Source of the DNA: Eledone cirrhosa
Lineage: Eukaryota
Reading direction: 5' to 3'
Length of the DNA: 64,000 nucleotides
Assembly (NCBI GenBank): GCA_964016885.1
Contig: OZ024762.1
Coordinates: 1,674,001 to 1,738,000 of the forward strand
The translations under genes were made by a program, and so were the position numbers. Shown in pieces: positions 15,775 through 27,390 of this stretch. The stretch's first letter is position 1, and every line of letters begins with the position of its first letter. The notes beneath the pieces are model-generated. The model was given only the letters and a program-made list of their open reading frames with translations. It made no database searches and was not told the origin of the DNA.

Positions 15775-16100
15775 TCCTTTCATTACCATATTTCTAATGA
15801 AAGACACTGTCTATGTCATTAACCCTTTCATTACCATATTTCTAATGAAAGACACTGTCTGTCATTAACCCTTTCATTACCATATTTCTAATGAAAGACA
15901 CTGTCTATGTCATTAACCCTTCCATTACCATATTTCTAATGAAAGACACTGTCTATGTCATTAACCCTTTCATTACCATATTTCTAATGAAAGACACTGT
16001 CTGTCATTAACCCTTTCATTACCATATTTCTAATGAAAGACACTGTCTATGTCATTAACCCTTCCATTACCATATTTCTAATGAAAGATACTTCCTATAA
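15775..16100. repeat. 43-47-bp tandem repeat of a second TTAA|CCCTTTCATTACC element end
   Basis: About 7 copies of TTAACCCTTTCATTACCATATTTCTAATGAAAGACACTGTCT(AT)GTCA; related single copies at about 14671 and 35951. Confidence 0.8.
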
Positions 16101-17051
16101 TTTTTAAATAATTTTGAAAATAATCAACAAAAATTGGAGGGATTTAATATAACTAACTTTCTCATTATTATTTAACCCTTTAGTTACCAACCTGGCCCCA
16201 ACCAGCTCTGGTTCTATGAAATAAAGTCACCCATTTTAAAGAGTTTCTATTCAAATTAAAATCTTCCAACATAATTTTATATAAGAACCTTACATTAAGT
16301 TACTAATTTGGGGATATAACTTGACAAAGGTTCTTTCAAGAAATTAGGGTGAAACGTTTATAGATAAATTAAAAAAATGTTTAAAGTTTCATCCTGTTGC
16401 AAAACCAATACCACCACCACCACCACCATGTCTGATCTGCTGCCTCGAATTAAAACAAGATATGAACATTAACGAAGTTAATCTCATTAGAAACGTGATG
16501 AAATATCACTTGTTTCAACACATGTCTGGCTCTTGGTGACTACTACTGCTGCTGCTGCTAGTACTACTACTCCTACTACTACTACCACTGCTACTGCTAC
16601 TACTACTACTACTACTACCACCAACAACAACCATCACAACCACCACCAGCAAGTCAACAGCCTCAACACCACCACCACCACCAACACACAACAACAATCA
16701 CCACTACACCACCACCACCAACATAAAATATCTCGGTTGACTAATAAACAATGTCTTAAGTAACAAACACAGAAGCCAGCAACATTGGTTGGCAACAAGC
16801 TGGGAGTATTGGCAGGAAGGCATGTCACTTACTGTGTAGTTAGTTACTATGATGATATCTCTCTTTCATACACAGTCTCTCTCACTGTATTTCTCTCTCA
16901 ACATTTAAACTCTCTCTCTCTCTCCCTCTCACCGTATTTCTCTCTCAACATTTCAACTCTCTCTCTCTCAATGTATTTCTCTCTCAACATCTCATATGGG
17001 GGGAAAATAGTTTTGGTTGACAATAATTTCATTCTTATTATATATATATAA

Positions 17052-17236
17052 GGGCGGTGGATTGGCAGTATCGGTTGAGGGTCGGACGCCATGCTTCCCA
17101 GCATAGTTACGTCCCTTTACGGTCTGAGTTCAAATCCTGTCGAGGTTAACTTTGCCTTTCATCCTGACAGGGGTTGATAAAATAAAGTACCAGTAATGTA
17201 CTGGGTAATTGCTGGCCTTGTGCCAAAAGTAGAAAC

Positions 17237-17240
<4 letters not shown>
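17052..17240 (+). mobile_element. tRNA-derived SINE, near full length; copies or fragments at about 7444-7575(-), 31540-32076 (three), 32895-33025, 37705-37900, 38860-38965, 41290-41460(-), 45770-45835, 51850-51915, 55875-55925
   Basis: A-box-like TGGCAG..TCGGT, B-box GAGTTCAAATCC and conserved core GCCTTTCATCCT...GTCGATAAAATAAAGTACCAG (reminiscent of the Meta domain). Confidence 0.85.
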
Positions 17241-17286
<46 letters not shown>

Positions 17287-17375
17287 CTATATACTATATA
17301 TATATATGTATCATAATTGAATATAAAAGAGAGATAAACACAGACATATACATATGTGTGTTCAAATCGTTAGGA

Positions 17376-17457
17376 ACCACCCACTGATGAGCAAGAATTG
17401 GTAATACTCTTCACAATTAATTTGCGAAACAGCATAGCCAAACGCTGTCTGGATGAT
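17376..17457 (+). ncRNA. Canonical type I hammerhead ribozyme (predicted cleavage after C17449)
   Basis: CCA-CTGATGA(17384-90)-GCAA...TTGC-GAAA(17426-29)-CAGC-10-nt loop-GCTG-TC-TGG. All conserved core residues, a G-C pair at the base of stem II, three stems and a GUC triplet. Confidence 0.85.
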
Positions 17458-17778
17458 CGGTAGTTACCATAATTCCGGTTTGTATTTATTTTCTTGATTT
17501 ATTCTTAAATTGAGTCTGGCAAATCCTATTGTCTATAGTTAGTATCTTTTTCACCCTAGCGAATCTGGTCTCTTATGATTTGAACACATATATGTATATA
17601 TCTGTGTTTATCTTTCTTTTATATTCAATTATATTACACAGCTCGGAAAAATCTCTTTCCTAGAGCTATTTTATTGTAAGAAACTATATTGAGTCTCTAA
17701 CTCAATATATACCTTTGATATATATGTATGTATTTATGCTTGTATATTTATATATATGTATAAATTGTATATTTTCAG

Positions 17779-17941
17779 TCCATCTGGCTGTACGTTTTGG
17801 GGGAAGAAACCCTGGAGTCGAAAGAAGAAGATTCTGTGGCAGCTGGGTACACTGATCGGGGCTCCTGTTGGGATCACGCTGTTTGCAGGTATTGCAGTCC
17901 CGGCATTAATCATAGGAATTCCCGTTTGGGTAGGAAGACGG
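17779..17941 (+). CDS. RNF19: RNF19-like coding exon 4 (first transmembrane region)
   Basis: [54 protein letters not shown], a signature RNF19 segment; TTTCAG/GTAATT boundaries. Confidence 0.95.
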
Positions 17942-18524
17942 GTAATTATCTCATTTCTTCTCTTAATTAATTAAAGTGAACTTCATTTGTCATTTTTTTT
18001 TTATTGTTTGGTGACCCGCAGAGCGAAAGCTGACCAACAGCAGCGCCACCTGTGGGGCTTTTTTTTTTGTCTTTTCTTTTCCGAAGTGAAGTAATAAAAA
18101 AAGAAAAAAAAAAAAACCTGATAAAAAATATTTTAATGGAAAAGATGAAAAATTTTTTTTTAAATATTGTTTCTATTTTGACTGTGGCCATGCTGGGGCA
18201 CCACCTTTTTTTTTAGTTGATACATGTTGAACCCCTTTCTCCCCTTGTCCGCTACCAGCCCTTATTTTCTTTCGAGTTTCACACGTATTTTATTGATCGG
18301 TCTGCCAATCGAGTACATAAATACACACACACACAGATTCTTTTCTGAGACATTCTAACCACATGGCCGTAATATCAGGGCTGTGATCTCTCAATTCGGA
18401 GAAGTACCAGCTCTACCTGGAGTGACTCTCTCATCTCCAAATAACATTACTCCAAAGACCCGCTTGAGGAACTCCATTTCGTCTGCTTGGATTTATTTAA
18501 TTTTTCATTTGTCTTTCTTTACAG

Positions 18525-18633
18525 TTGCTTTCCAAATACGAGCATTCCCCAAAACACAGACGCAATGTTACAATTGCTGCTGGAGTTGCTGCTTCAGTTT
18601 TATTTTCACCTGTCATTGCCAGCTTAGCTGTAG
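18525..18633 (+). CDS. RNF19: RNF19-like coding exon 5
   Basis: LLSKYEHSPKHRRNVTIAAGVAASVLFSPVIASLAV; TTACAG acceptor, GTAAGT donor; phases fit the neighbouring exons. Confidence 0.9.
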
Positions 18634-18867
18634 GTAAGTCTGACTACACCTGTCTCTGGGTACTCTTCTATTTACACCTCATCATCATCATTTAACATCT
18701 ATCTTCCACGCTAGCATGGGTTAGACGGGAATTGTCCCACTTGAGGCAAGATTGGTCGTGTGACCGTGTCTCGCCCGTATAGGACTGTCTGGCAGGTTTT
18801 CTATGGCTGGATGCCCTTCCTAACACCAACCACATTTACAGTGAGGACTGGGAGCTTTTTACCGTGT

Positions 18868-19312
18868 TACCTACACCTGTAATTGCCAAATTAACAGTAG
18901 GTACATTTCACTACACTTGTCCCTGGGTACTCTTCTATATACACCTGTAATTGCCAAATTAGCTAAAGGTGGGTATTATCTGATTTACACCTGTAATTAC
19001 CAGTTTAGCTATAGGTGGGTGCTATTCTATATACACTTGTAATTACTGGTTTAATTAAAGGTGGGTACTCTTCTATTTACACCTGTAATTACCACTTTAG
19101 CTAAAGGTGGGTACTATTCTATTTCCACCTGTAATAACCAGTTTAGATATAGGTGGGTATTATTTTATTTATACCTGAAATTGCCAAATTAACTGTAGGT
19201 ACACCTGTCTCTGGGTACTTTCTATATACACCTGTAATTACCAATTTAGCTAAAAGTGGGTACTCTTCTATTTACACCTGTAATTACCAGTTTAGCTATA
19301 GGTAAGTCTAAT
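18868..19312 (+). repeat. ~46-bp minisatellite resembling the 3' end and donor of exon 5
   Basis: Units TACACCTGTAATTACCAGTTTAGCTATAGGTGGGT... versus the exon end TTCACCTGTCATTGCCAGCTTAGCTGTAG|GTAAGT. Confidence 0.8.
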
Positions 19313-19487
19313 TAAACATTACTCCATCTCTGTATCTAAACACGGACTTGGCCCCTACTCTGAATATTCTTTTATTTTCACCTGAATCAGAAAGAATTAT
19401 TAGCTTAGTTACAGGTAAACCACACTCTCTCACCTCTCACACCCCTCTCTCACCTTTGTGATGACGATGGTGGTGGTGGTGATGACT

Positions 19488-21144
19488 CTGTAGATTTGAT
19501 ATTATGTAAAATAAAGCCTTTACCTTGAAAAAACACTAGTATATATAGAGTAATGTAAATGCTATGTGAGATATTATGTGAGGTAAAGCCTTTACTGTGA
19601 AAATACAATAGTATATATAGAGTAATGTAAATGTTATGTGAGATATTATGTGAGGTAAAGCCTTTACTGTGAAAATACAATAGTATATATAGAGTAATGT
19701 AAATGTTATGTGAGATATTATGTGAGGTAAAGCCTTTACTGTGAAAATACAATAGTATATATAGAGTAATGTAAATGTTGTGTGAGATATTATGTGAGGT
19801 AAAGCCTTTACTGTGAAAATACAATAGTATATATAGGGTAATGTAAATGTTATGTGAGATATTATGTGAGGTAAACCTTTACTGTGAAAATACAATAGTA
19901 TATATAGGGTAATGTAAATGTTATGTGAGATATTATGTGAGGTAAACCTTTACTGTGAAAATACAATAGTATATATAGGGTAATGTAAATGTTATGTGAG
20001 ATATTATGTGAGGTAAAGCCTTTACTGTGAAAATACAATAGTATATATAGGGTAATGTAAATGTTATGTGAGATATTATGTGAGGTAAAGCCTTTACTGT
20101 GAAAATACAATAGTATATATAGAGTAATGTAAATGTTATGTGAGATATTATGTGAGGTAAAGTCTTTACTGTGAAAATACAATAGTATATATAGAGTAAT
20201 GTAAATGTTATGTGAGATATTATGTGAGGTAAACCTTTACTGTGAAAATACAATAGTATATATAGAGTAATGTAAATGTTATGTGAGATATTATGTGAGG
20301 TAAACCTTTACTGTGAAAATACAATAGTATATATAGAGTAATGTAAATGTTATGTGAGATATTATGTGAGGTAAACCTTTACTGTGAAAATACAATAGTA
20401 TATATAGAGTAATGTAAATGTTATGTGAGATATTATGTGAGGTAAAGCCTTTACTGTGAAAATACAATAGTATATATAGAGTAATGTAAATGTTATGTGA
20501 GATATTATGTGAGGTAAACCTTTACTGTGAAAATACAATAGTATATATAGAGTAATGTAAATGTTATGTGAGATATTATGTGAGGTAAAGCCTTTACTGT
20601 GAAAATACAATAGTATATATAGAGTAATGTAAATGTTATGTGAGATATTATGTGAGGTAAAGCCTTTACTGTGAAAATACAATAGTATATATAGGGTAAT
20701 GTAAATGTTATGTGAGATATTATGTGAGGTAAACCTTTACTGTGAAAATACAATAGTATATATAGAGTAATGTAAATGTTATGTGAGATATTATGTGAGG
20801 TAAACCTTTACTGTGAAAATACAATAGTATATATAGAGTAATGTAAATGTTATGTGAGATATTATGTGAGGTAAAGCCTTTACTGTGAAAATACAATAGT
20901 ATATATAGGGTAATGTAAATGTTATGTGAGATATTATGTGAGGTAAACCTTTACTGTGAAAATACAATAGTATATATAGAGTAATGTATAATGTTATGTG
21001 AGATATTATGTGAGGTAAACCTTTACTGTGAAAATACAATAGTATATATAGAGGAATGTAAATGTTATGTGAGATATTATGTGAGGTAAAGCCTTTACTG
21101 TGAAAATACAATGGTATATATAGATGAATGTAAATGCTAAAGGG
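19488..21144. mobile_element. piggyBac-like element (right end preserved) with about 22 units of the 71/72-bp satellite
   Basis: Ends TAAATGCTAAAGGG|TTAA, the inverse of the left TIR. Confidence 0.8.
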
Positions 21145-21341
21145 TTAAATGACAAAAAAAGAACATTACAAGAAATCCCATATTTACAAACGTACACTAT
21201 AAAATTACTGATTCCCCCTGTTTATTCCAAACCCCCCACATTTCAGTCCCCTCCCCCCTCCACTATTATTTGGGACTCGAGAGTATGTTACCGTTGCGAG
21301 AGTTTTAATTGTTGTCTCCCTTGGATTATTCTCTCCACCAG

Positions 21342-21497
21342 GTATCGGAGTTCCTATCCTATTAGCGTATGTCTATGGCGTCGTACCAATTTCGCTGTGT
21401 CGTAGTGGAGGCTGTGGAGTTACCACAACCAACACTGGTGTCAGATTTGAATTTGATGAGAATGAAGTCACTGCAGGTTCAAGTGGGCCTTATGCCA
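21342..21497 (+). CDS. RNF19: RNF19-like coding exon 6
   Basis: [27 protein letters not shown]...GVRFEFDE, conserved in RNF19; ACCAG/GTAAGT boundaries. Confidence 0.93.
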
Positions 21498-21599
21498 GTA
21501 AGTAAATATTTATATATATGTGTGTGTGTGTGGTTGGGAGTGTATGTATATGTGTGTGTGTGTGGTAGGGAGAGTCTGTGTGTGTGTGGTTGAGTGTGT

Positions 21600-22030
21600 T
21601 TGTGTGTGTGTATTTGCTTGGGAGACTCTGTCTGTATGTGTGGTTGAGTGTGTCTGTATGTGGTTGGGAGAGTGTCTGTGTGTGTATAGGTGAGAGTGTG
21701 TCTGTATGTGGTTGGGAGAGTGTCTGTGTGTATAGGTGAGAGTGTGTCTGTATGTGGTTGGGAGAGTGTCTGTGTGTGTATAGGTGAGAGTGTGTCTGTA
21801 TGTGGTTGGGAGAGTGTCTGTGTGTGTGTGTATAGGTGAGAGAGTGTCTGTATGTGGTTGGGAGAGTGTCTGTGTGTGTATAGGTGAGAGTGTGTCTGTA
21901 TGTGGTTGGGAGAGTGTCTGTGTGTGTGTGTATAGGTGAGAGAGTGTCTGTATGTGGTTGGGAGAGTGTCTGTATGTGGTTGGGAGAGTGTCTGTGTGTG
22001 TATAGGTGAGAGTGTGTCTGTGTGTGGTTA
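21600..22030. repeat. ~46-52-bp GT-rich minisatellite
   Basis: Repeats of TATAGGTGAGAGTGTGTCTGTATGTGGTTGGGAGAGTGTCTG(TG)n. Confidence 0.9.
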
Positions 22031-22747
22031 TGAACATAGTTACTGGACATCCAAACCTATGTTCACCACCACACACTCCTGTTCTCTGCTTATTTACTAT
22101 AAATCTTGTGTAACTCTCGTTATTTTGTCTTTTGATGTTAAACAAATTATTGGTTTATTGTATTTCCTGAAGAGTCTTGAAGTATGGCACTTATGGTGGA
22201 GTTACTTAACTGAGAAATTTCGATTTTTTTCTCCACAATTGGTGAAATATTCTGGCAGTATTGAAACAACCGTAGATGTAAAAATAAACAGCAATACTAA
22301 TCCTTGTCTTACTCAAGTTTGAATTATAAAGGCTCTGCTACTATAACTATTCCCTCCTGAAGAATGAAGGGTAAAAGAGGGTATTGAGTTTAACTTATCT
22401 TACTGTGAAAATAGTGAACTAGTACACTATCATCATCACCATTTTACGTCCGTTCTTCCATGCTAGCATGGGTTAGACGGGTTGTCCTGTTGTGGGCAGT
22501 GCCCGGTCGGCTGACCTTGCCTTGCTCATACAGGAACTGATTTGGCTTGATTTCTACAGCTGGATGCCCTTCCTAACACCAACCTCATTTACAGTGAGTG
22601 CTGGGTGCTTTTTTGCTGTGGCACCTCCACCACCACCTTGCGGTGGGGGGGCATATTGTCTATATGCTTCAGCTTGTACCCATGGGAGGTCGGGTAATCT
22701 GTATTACTGCGTGACGCCAGAGGTCACTATAACCTCCTCTATATACA

Positions 22748-22966
22748 TACTAGCAAAAGAGCCGGTCGTTGCCGGGCACACCTTTCGCCACAGTAAATAA
22801 AGACCCTCTTATATCCTGAACATGGGCGTCTTTAAATAGTCCCAGAACTCAGTTTTTTTAAAGGGAGAGCAAGATTTAAACGATATTTTGACAAGCTCCA
22901 GGAGCTAAATAACCTATATGGAAATGCATTGCCTGCATAGAGACAGACAGGCAGATGGACATTTTT

Positions 22967-22975
<9 letters not shown>
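22748..22975. mobile_element. Possible Helitron/Helentron-like non-autonomous element (similar layout at about 38981-39490)
   Basis: ACTAG start followed by a short GC hairpin, an ACAG-type tetranucleotide run near the other end, and a TA-rich terminus. Architecture only. Confidence 0.3.
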
Positions 22976-23009
<34 letters not shown>

Positions 23010-23144
23010 GTAAGAATATTTTCGAAACAGCGAGTGGGTTTGAAATTATTAGAAATGTAAGCTATCGCCGTATTTTGATTAAAGAAATTATTTAGCCTGA
23101 TAGTGGGGTTAAGAACCCTCGGAGAAATGGAAAAAGATGAGTAT

Positions 23145-23216
23145 TGACGTACATGGGAGTCGAACCCACATCTTTGGTTATCCGGACCACTGTGCTACCA
23201 TTTACACCAACACATC
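23145..23216 (-). tRNA. tRNA-like Pol III unit (pseudo-tRNA or SINE head; nominal anticodon GGA)
   Basis: GATGTGT-TG-GTGT.AAATGGTA.GCAC-A-GTGGT.CCGGATA.ACCAA-AGAT-GTGGG.TTCGACT.CCCAT-GTACGTC-A folds as a cloverleaf. A and B boxes are intact and T5 lies about 9 nt downstream. C33/T37 and several G-U pairs are non-canonical. Confidence 0.55.
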
Positions 23217-23266
23217 ACCCATATATCTATATATATCTATATATATTTATTTTACTTCAATTTCAG

Positions 23267-23495
23267 CCGATAACACAACTGCCGAAAACATCAGTCATGT
23301 AGCTAACCCCAGCATTGCTCCAAGCATCGGTGAAGCTTCTGTGGCAATGACCAATAGTCTTAGTGCCAGCGGTAGCCATATTGACCGTATGGGGATCTTG
23401 AGAGATGAATGTGACCGAGATTCGGCCAGTCACAGAGCTACAACAGAGTCCAGCCTAAATGGAAGTCTCATAGAGGGAGGTGGATATCACAACAA
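23267..23495 (+). CDS. RNF19: RNF19-like coding exon 7
   Basis: DNTTAENISHVANPSIAPSIGEASV...SLSASGSH (PSIGE and LSASGSH resemble RNF19); TTTCAG/GTAAGT boundaries. Confidence 0.88.
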
Positions 23496-23578
23496 GTAAG
23501 TCCATTGGGAAATTAAACTTTACATATAGTTATATATATGTGTGTGTGTATATATATATATATGTATATATATGCACA

Positions 23579-23679
23579 CAGGATGTCCCAAAAAATGTAT
23601 ACATGCTTTGATTACCTGTACAGGCAATATTTATTAGAATGCTGTTGAAGTGTGTATACATTTTGCGGGGGACATCCTG
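23579..23679. mobile_element. Tc1/mariner-type MITE
   Basis: TIRs CAGGATGTCCC..AAAATGTATACA / TGTATACATTTT..GGGACATCCTG, followed by TA. Confidence 0.7.
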
Positions 23680-23727
23680 TATATGTATATATATGTTTAT
23701 GTGTGTGTGTATATATGTATGTTTATA

Positions 23728-23760
<33 letters not shown>

Positions 23761-23771
23761 TTGTATGTTTA

Positions 23772-23826
<55 letters not shown>

Positions 23827-24018
23827 GTATGTGTGTGTATGTATTCATGAGTACACATTTCAAATTGTCCTAATTCTTTTGTAGTAATGAAACAAATCAT
23901 AAATAATTTAATTTGAATAAATTGCTTAAAATTCTTCGTTAATTAATTGAAACAGAGTTTATTTCGTTAGAGATCTGACCATGAAAGAGTCAACTAACTG
24001 TTGAATATTTCTTTAAAG

Positions 24019-24180
24019 GCTCGAAGTCCAAGCAGATGTTTTTATTAACCCTGCTGTCCGTGAAAGAACCAGTCTCAGTAGTGAATCAGCTAACTTTAGC
24101 ATTGGTGAGAAGTCAGGCACCGTTTCTTATGGAGACGATGCCAGCACAAAAACTTTGGCAGGTTCCATTGCAGGATACAG
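24019..24180 (+). CDS. RNF19: RNF19-like coding exon 8
   Basis: LEVQADV...GDDASTKTLAGSI resembles the RNF19 C-terminal motifs; AAAG acceptor, GTAACT donor; phase 2 at both ends. Confidence 0.85.
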
Positions 24181-24535
24181 GTAACTTCATATCAATCTCT
24201 CTCTCTCTGCTATTTCCTGTTTCTCTTTGTTACTTCCTATCTATCATTCTGTTACTTCCTATCTATCATTCTGTTACTTCCTGTCTATCTCAATTACTTC
24301 CTGTCTATCTCTGTTACTTCCTCTCTGTCAATCTGTTACTTCCTGTCTATCTCTGTTACTTCCTGTCTATCTCTCTCTCTTTTCTGTTACTTCCAGTCTC
24401 TATCTCTCACTCTATCCCCCTACCCACCCACCTCTCTTTCTCTCTCTCTCTCTCACTCTCTCTCACCCTCTCTCTCTCTCTCTCAAAATCCTTCCCGTGG
24501 TTTATGTCTTCTTTAAACTTCTTATATTTCCCCAG

Positions 24536-25478
24536 AGACAAAGACAGTATATCTGCGACCTCACCGTCACTGGAGGCCCAGGCTGAGACAGTGTCCACCA
24601 GGTGGCGTAACAACAGCGGCAGCAGCATCGGTGCCGAGATAAAGTGCAGCCAGCAGGTGGCGTCGCCGATCCAATGGTCGCCCGTGTCCGGTCGCAGCGG
24701 CAGTTTCTCTGGTGACGACGTCAAGTGCAGCTACATGAAACACCGCAAAGCGATGCGACTGAGCATCGACGAGAAGATACACGAGCACTTGGACAGTCGC
24801 AGCACCGACCTGGACAAGCCAAGCACGGACAAGAACGTCTGTGGTGTCGGCAGCAGCAGCAGCAGCAGCAGTGGAGGTGTTGGTGGCGTTGGTGGGGCTG
24901 AACTGAAGAAGTGCAACCGGTCGCAGGAGCACGCGATGAGCCTGCCCCTCGTGAATGCGCAGTGCAAAGGGTCGTCCAACGAGAACATGAACTGTTGTTC
25001 GGCGGTGACCGGCAAAAGCCTTCCGGGACTGACCGAGGTCGAGAACGGTGTTGGTGTCGTCGGCGGCAACAGTTGCTATGGTGGGGTCGGCGTCCAGCAC
25101 GCGCTCTGCTCATTGGCAGCGGCCAAACCTCTGTCGCTCATGAACGCACGCAGCAACCTGAACAGCTGCTGTGCCCTCTCGGACGGCTCGGAGGTGTCCG
25201 TGCTCCTCGAGGGCGGCCATCTTGTCGTGCCGGTCAGTGGAGCTACCAACGGCGGCCGAAACGTCGGAGGCCCCGGTAAATGTGAATCTGGGGCCAGTGG
25301 CGTTGATATTGGAGGTGGGGCCACCACTCCCCTTTCTTCACCTCCTACTACCAATAATACTACTACTACTACTACTACTGCTAGTGCAGGTGACTTTGAG
25401 GTCCCCATCCGGTGCCTGCGTAGACTCAGCTGTGAACTGGCCCTGGAACATGGACGACTATCGCCAAAACTGGAATAA
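24536..25478 (+). CDS. RNF19: RNF19-like terminal coding exon (low-complexity C-terminus, stop TAA)
   Basis: CCCAG acceptor at 24535 and a GC-rich open frame to TAA at 25478. Summed exons = 2928 nt = 975 aa plus stop. Confidence 0.82.
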
Positions 25479-26071
25479 CTGACCAATTGATTCAGTGATT
25501 TATTACAATATAACCTCTCTCTGTGTGTGTCTGTGTGTGTGTGTGTGTGTGTTTATGTGTGTGTGTGTCTATGTGTGTGTGTGTCTATGTGTCAGTGTGT
25601 GAGTGTGTTTGGAATGAGAGAGGGAGGGATGTTCTGGTGCGAGTTACATCTACAACTAACCCCACACATACACAAACATACTCATACACACATAGATGTT
25701 GTTAGCATGATGATGATGGTGGTGGTGGTGTGTTTGTGTCAACATGCCTCCCTCTTGTTCACACACACTCTCTCTCTCTCTCTCCTCTCTCTCCTCTCCC
25801 TATCTCTCCTCTCCCTATCTCTCCCACAACAAACAACACAATAAAAAGACCTGTGCTGTGAAGTGGAATAGAAATGATGATGGTGATGATGATCATCCCC
25901 CCCCCTCCTCCCTCACTCGACCTACTCCCACCCCCACCCTCACCCCCCACCCTCTCTTCAAATGACACTCCTCTTCATATCAATAATATTGTTGTTATTG
26001 TTGTTTTTATTTGTGATTCAGTTCTCTATATAACAGAACCAATAATCCCCCCCTCCTCACATATATATACA

Positions 26072-26122
<51 letters not shown>

Positions 26123-26229
26123 TCACACATGCATATACACACATATATATGTATGTATATATACACACATATATGTGTGTATATATATATATACACATAT
26201 ATATGTATGTATATATACACACATATATA

Positions 26230-26326
<97 letters not shown>

Positions 26327-26884
26327 GTATATGTATGTGTGTATATATATATACTTAACATTGAGAGATGCCAAGGATATATATATAATATTACATAACA
26401 TTTTATGTAATGTTATATAATTAATATTATGTGTGCATGTGTATGTATTTTATGCATATATATGTGTGTGTATATATGTGCGTGTGTGTATTTTATGTAT
26501 ATATATTTATATATATATATGTGTGTGTGTATGTATATGTGTGTGTGTGTGTATATGTATGTATATATGTGTGTGTGTATATATATGTGTGTATATATTC
26601 TCTGTACAGTTCTAGGAAGGAAAAAATAGAAAAAACTGAATAATTTGTATAAAAAGAAATTGTTTATTTTGTGGTGGTGGTGTGGGGGGGAGACCCCATT
26701 GGGGGAGGGGTGGTTTTGTTTTTTTATCTAAAAAAATTTAATTGCTTTTTTTTTATAAATATATTTTCTTTTTCTTTTTCTTTTCTTATTAAACAGTTTT
26801 GTCAGTTTAGGGTTTATTACTGACATACATGTGTTTACATACATGTGGAATTCACTACACACATGCACACACACACACAGTGGA

Positions 26885-27390
26885 AGGTATGTTGCCTGGT
26901 GGTTAGGGTGTTAGACTCATAATCATAAGGCTGTCAGTTCAATTCTTGGATTTAACCTCATATGAGACCAGCTAAATCTACAGAGGTGTGAGCTGTAACA
27001 GCATGATAGATTTTGGGCTCCTTATCATTAAAACACCCAAGAAACCTGTAAGATAGAAGCTTGTATGAGGCTAGCTAAATGTACATAGGTGTGAGCTGTA
27101 ACATGATAGGACTGGGGTCCCCGGTCATTAAAACATCTGAGACACTTCGTATGAGGCCAGCTAGACTTATATAGGTGTGAACTTTAACAGCAATACTGGG
27201 GTTCATATCATTAAAACTCCTAAGAAACCTCCTGTAAGATACAACCTCGTATGAGGCGAGCTAGACCTACTTGGGTGATGCTGTAACAACACCATGATAG
27301 GGACCCCTATCATTAAAACACTTTAGAAACCTGTAAGATAGAACCTCATATGAGGGCCAGCTAGACCTGCATATGTGTGGGTTGTAGATT
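26885..27390 (+). repeat. tRNA-like SINE head followed by about 4 diverged ~95-110-bp tandem units
   Basis: TGGTGGTTAGG...GTTCAATTC, then repeats of CCTCATATGAG..CAGCTAGA..GTGTGAGCTGTAACA..ATCATTAAAACA..GAAACCTGTAAGAT. Confidence 0.6.

Noticed and set aside
24036-24535. N-terminal part of the 480-aa ORF
   Set aside because: It reads exon 8 in the wrong frame and then a CT-rich intron; only 24536 onward fits the spliced gene.
24407-25486. Overlapping antisense and alternative-frame ORFs over the last RNF19 exon
   Set aside because: An expected by-product of GC-rich coding sequence; no recognisable products.
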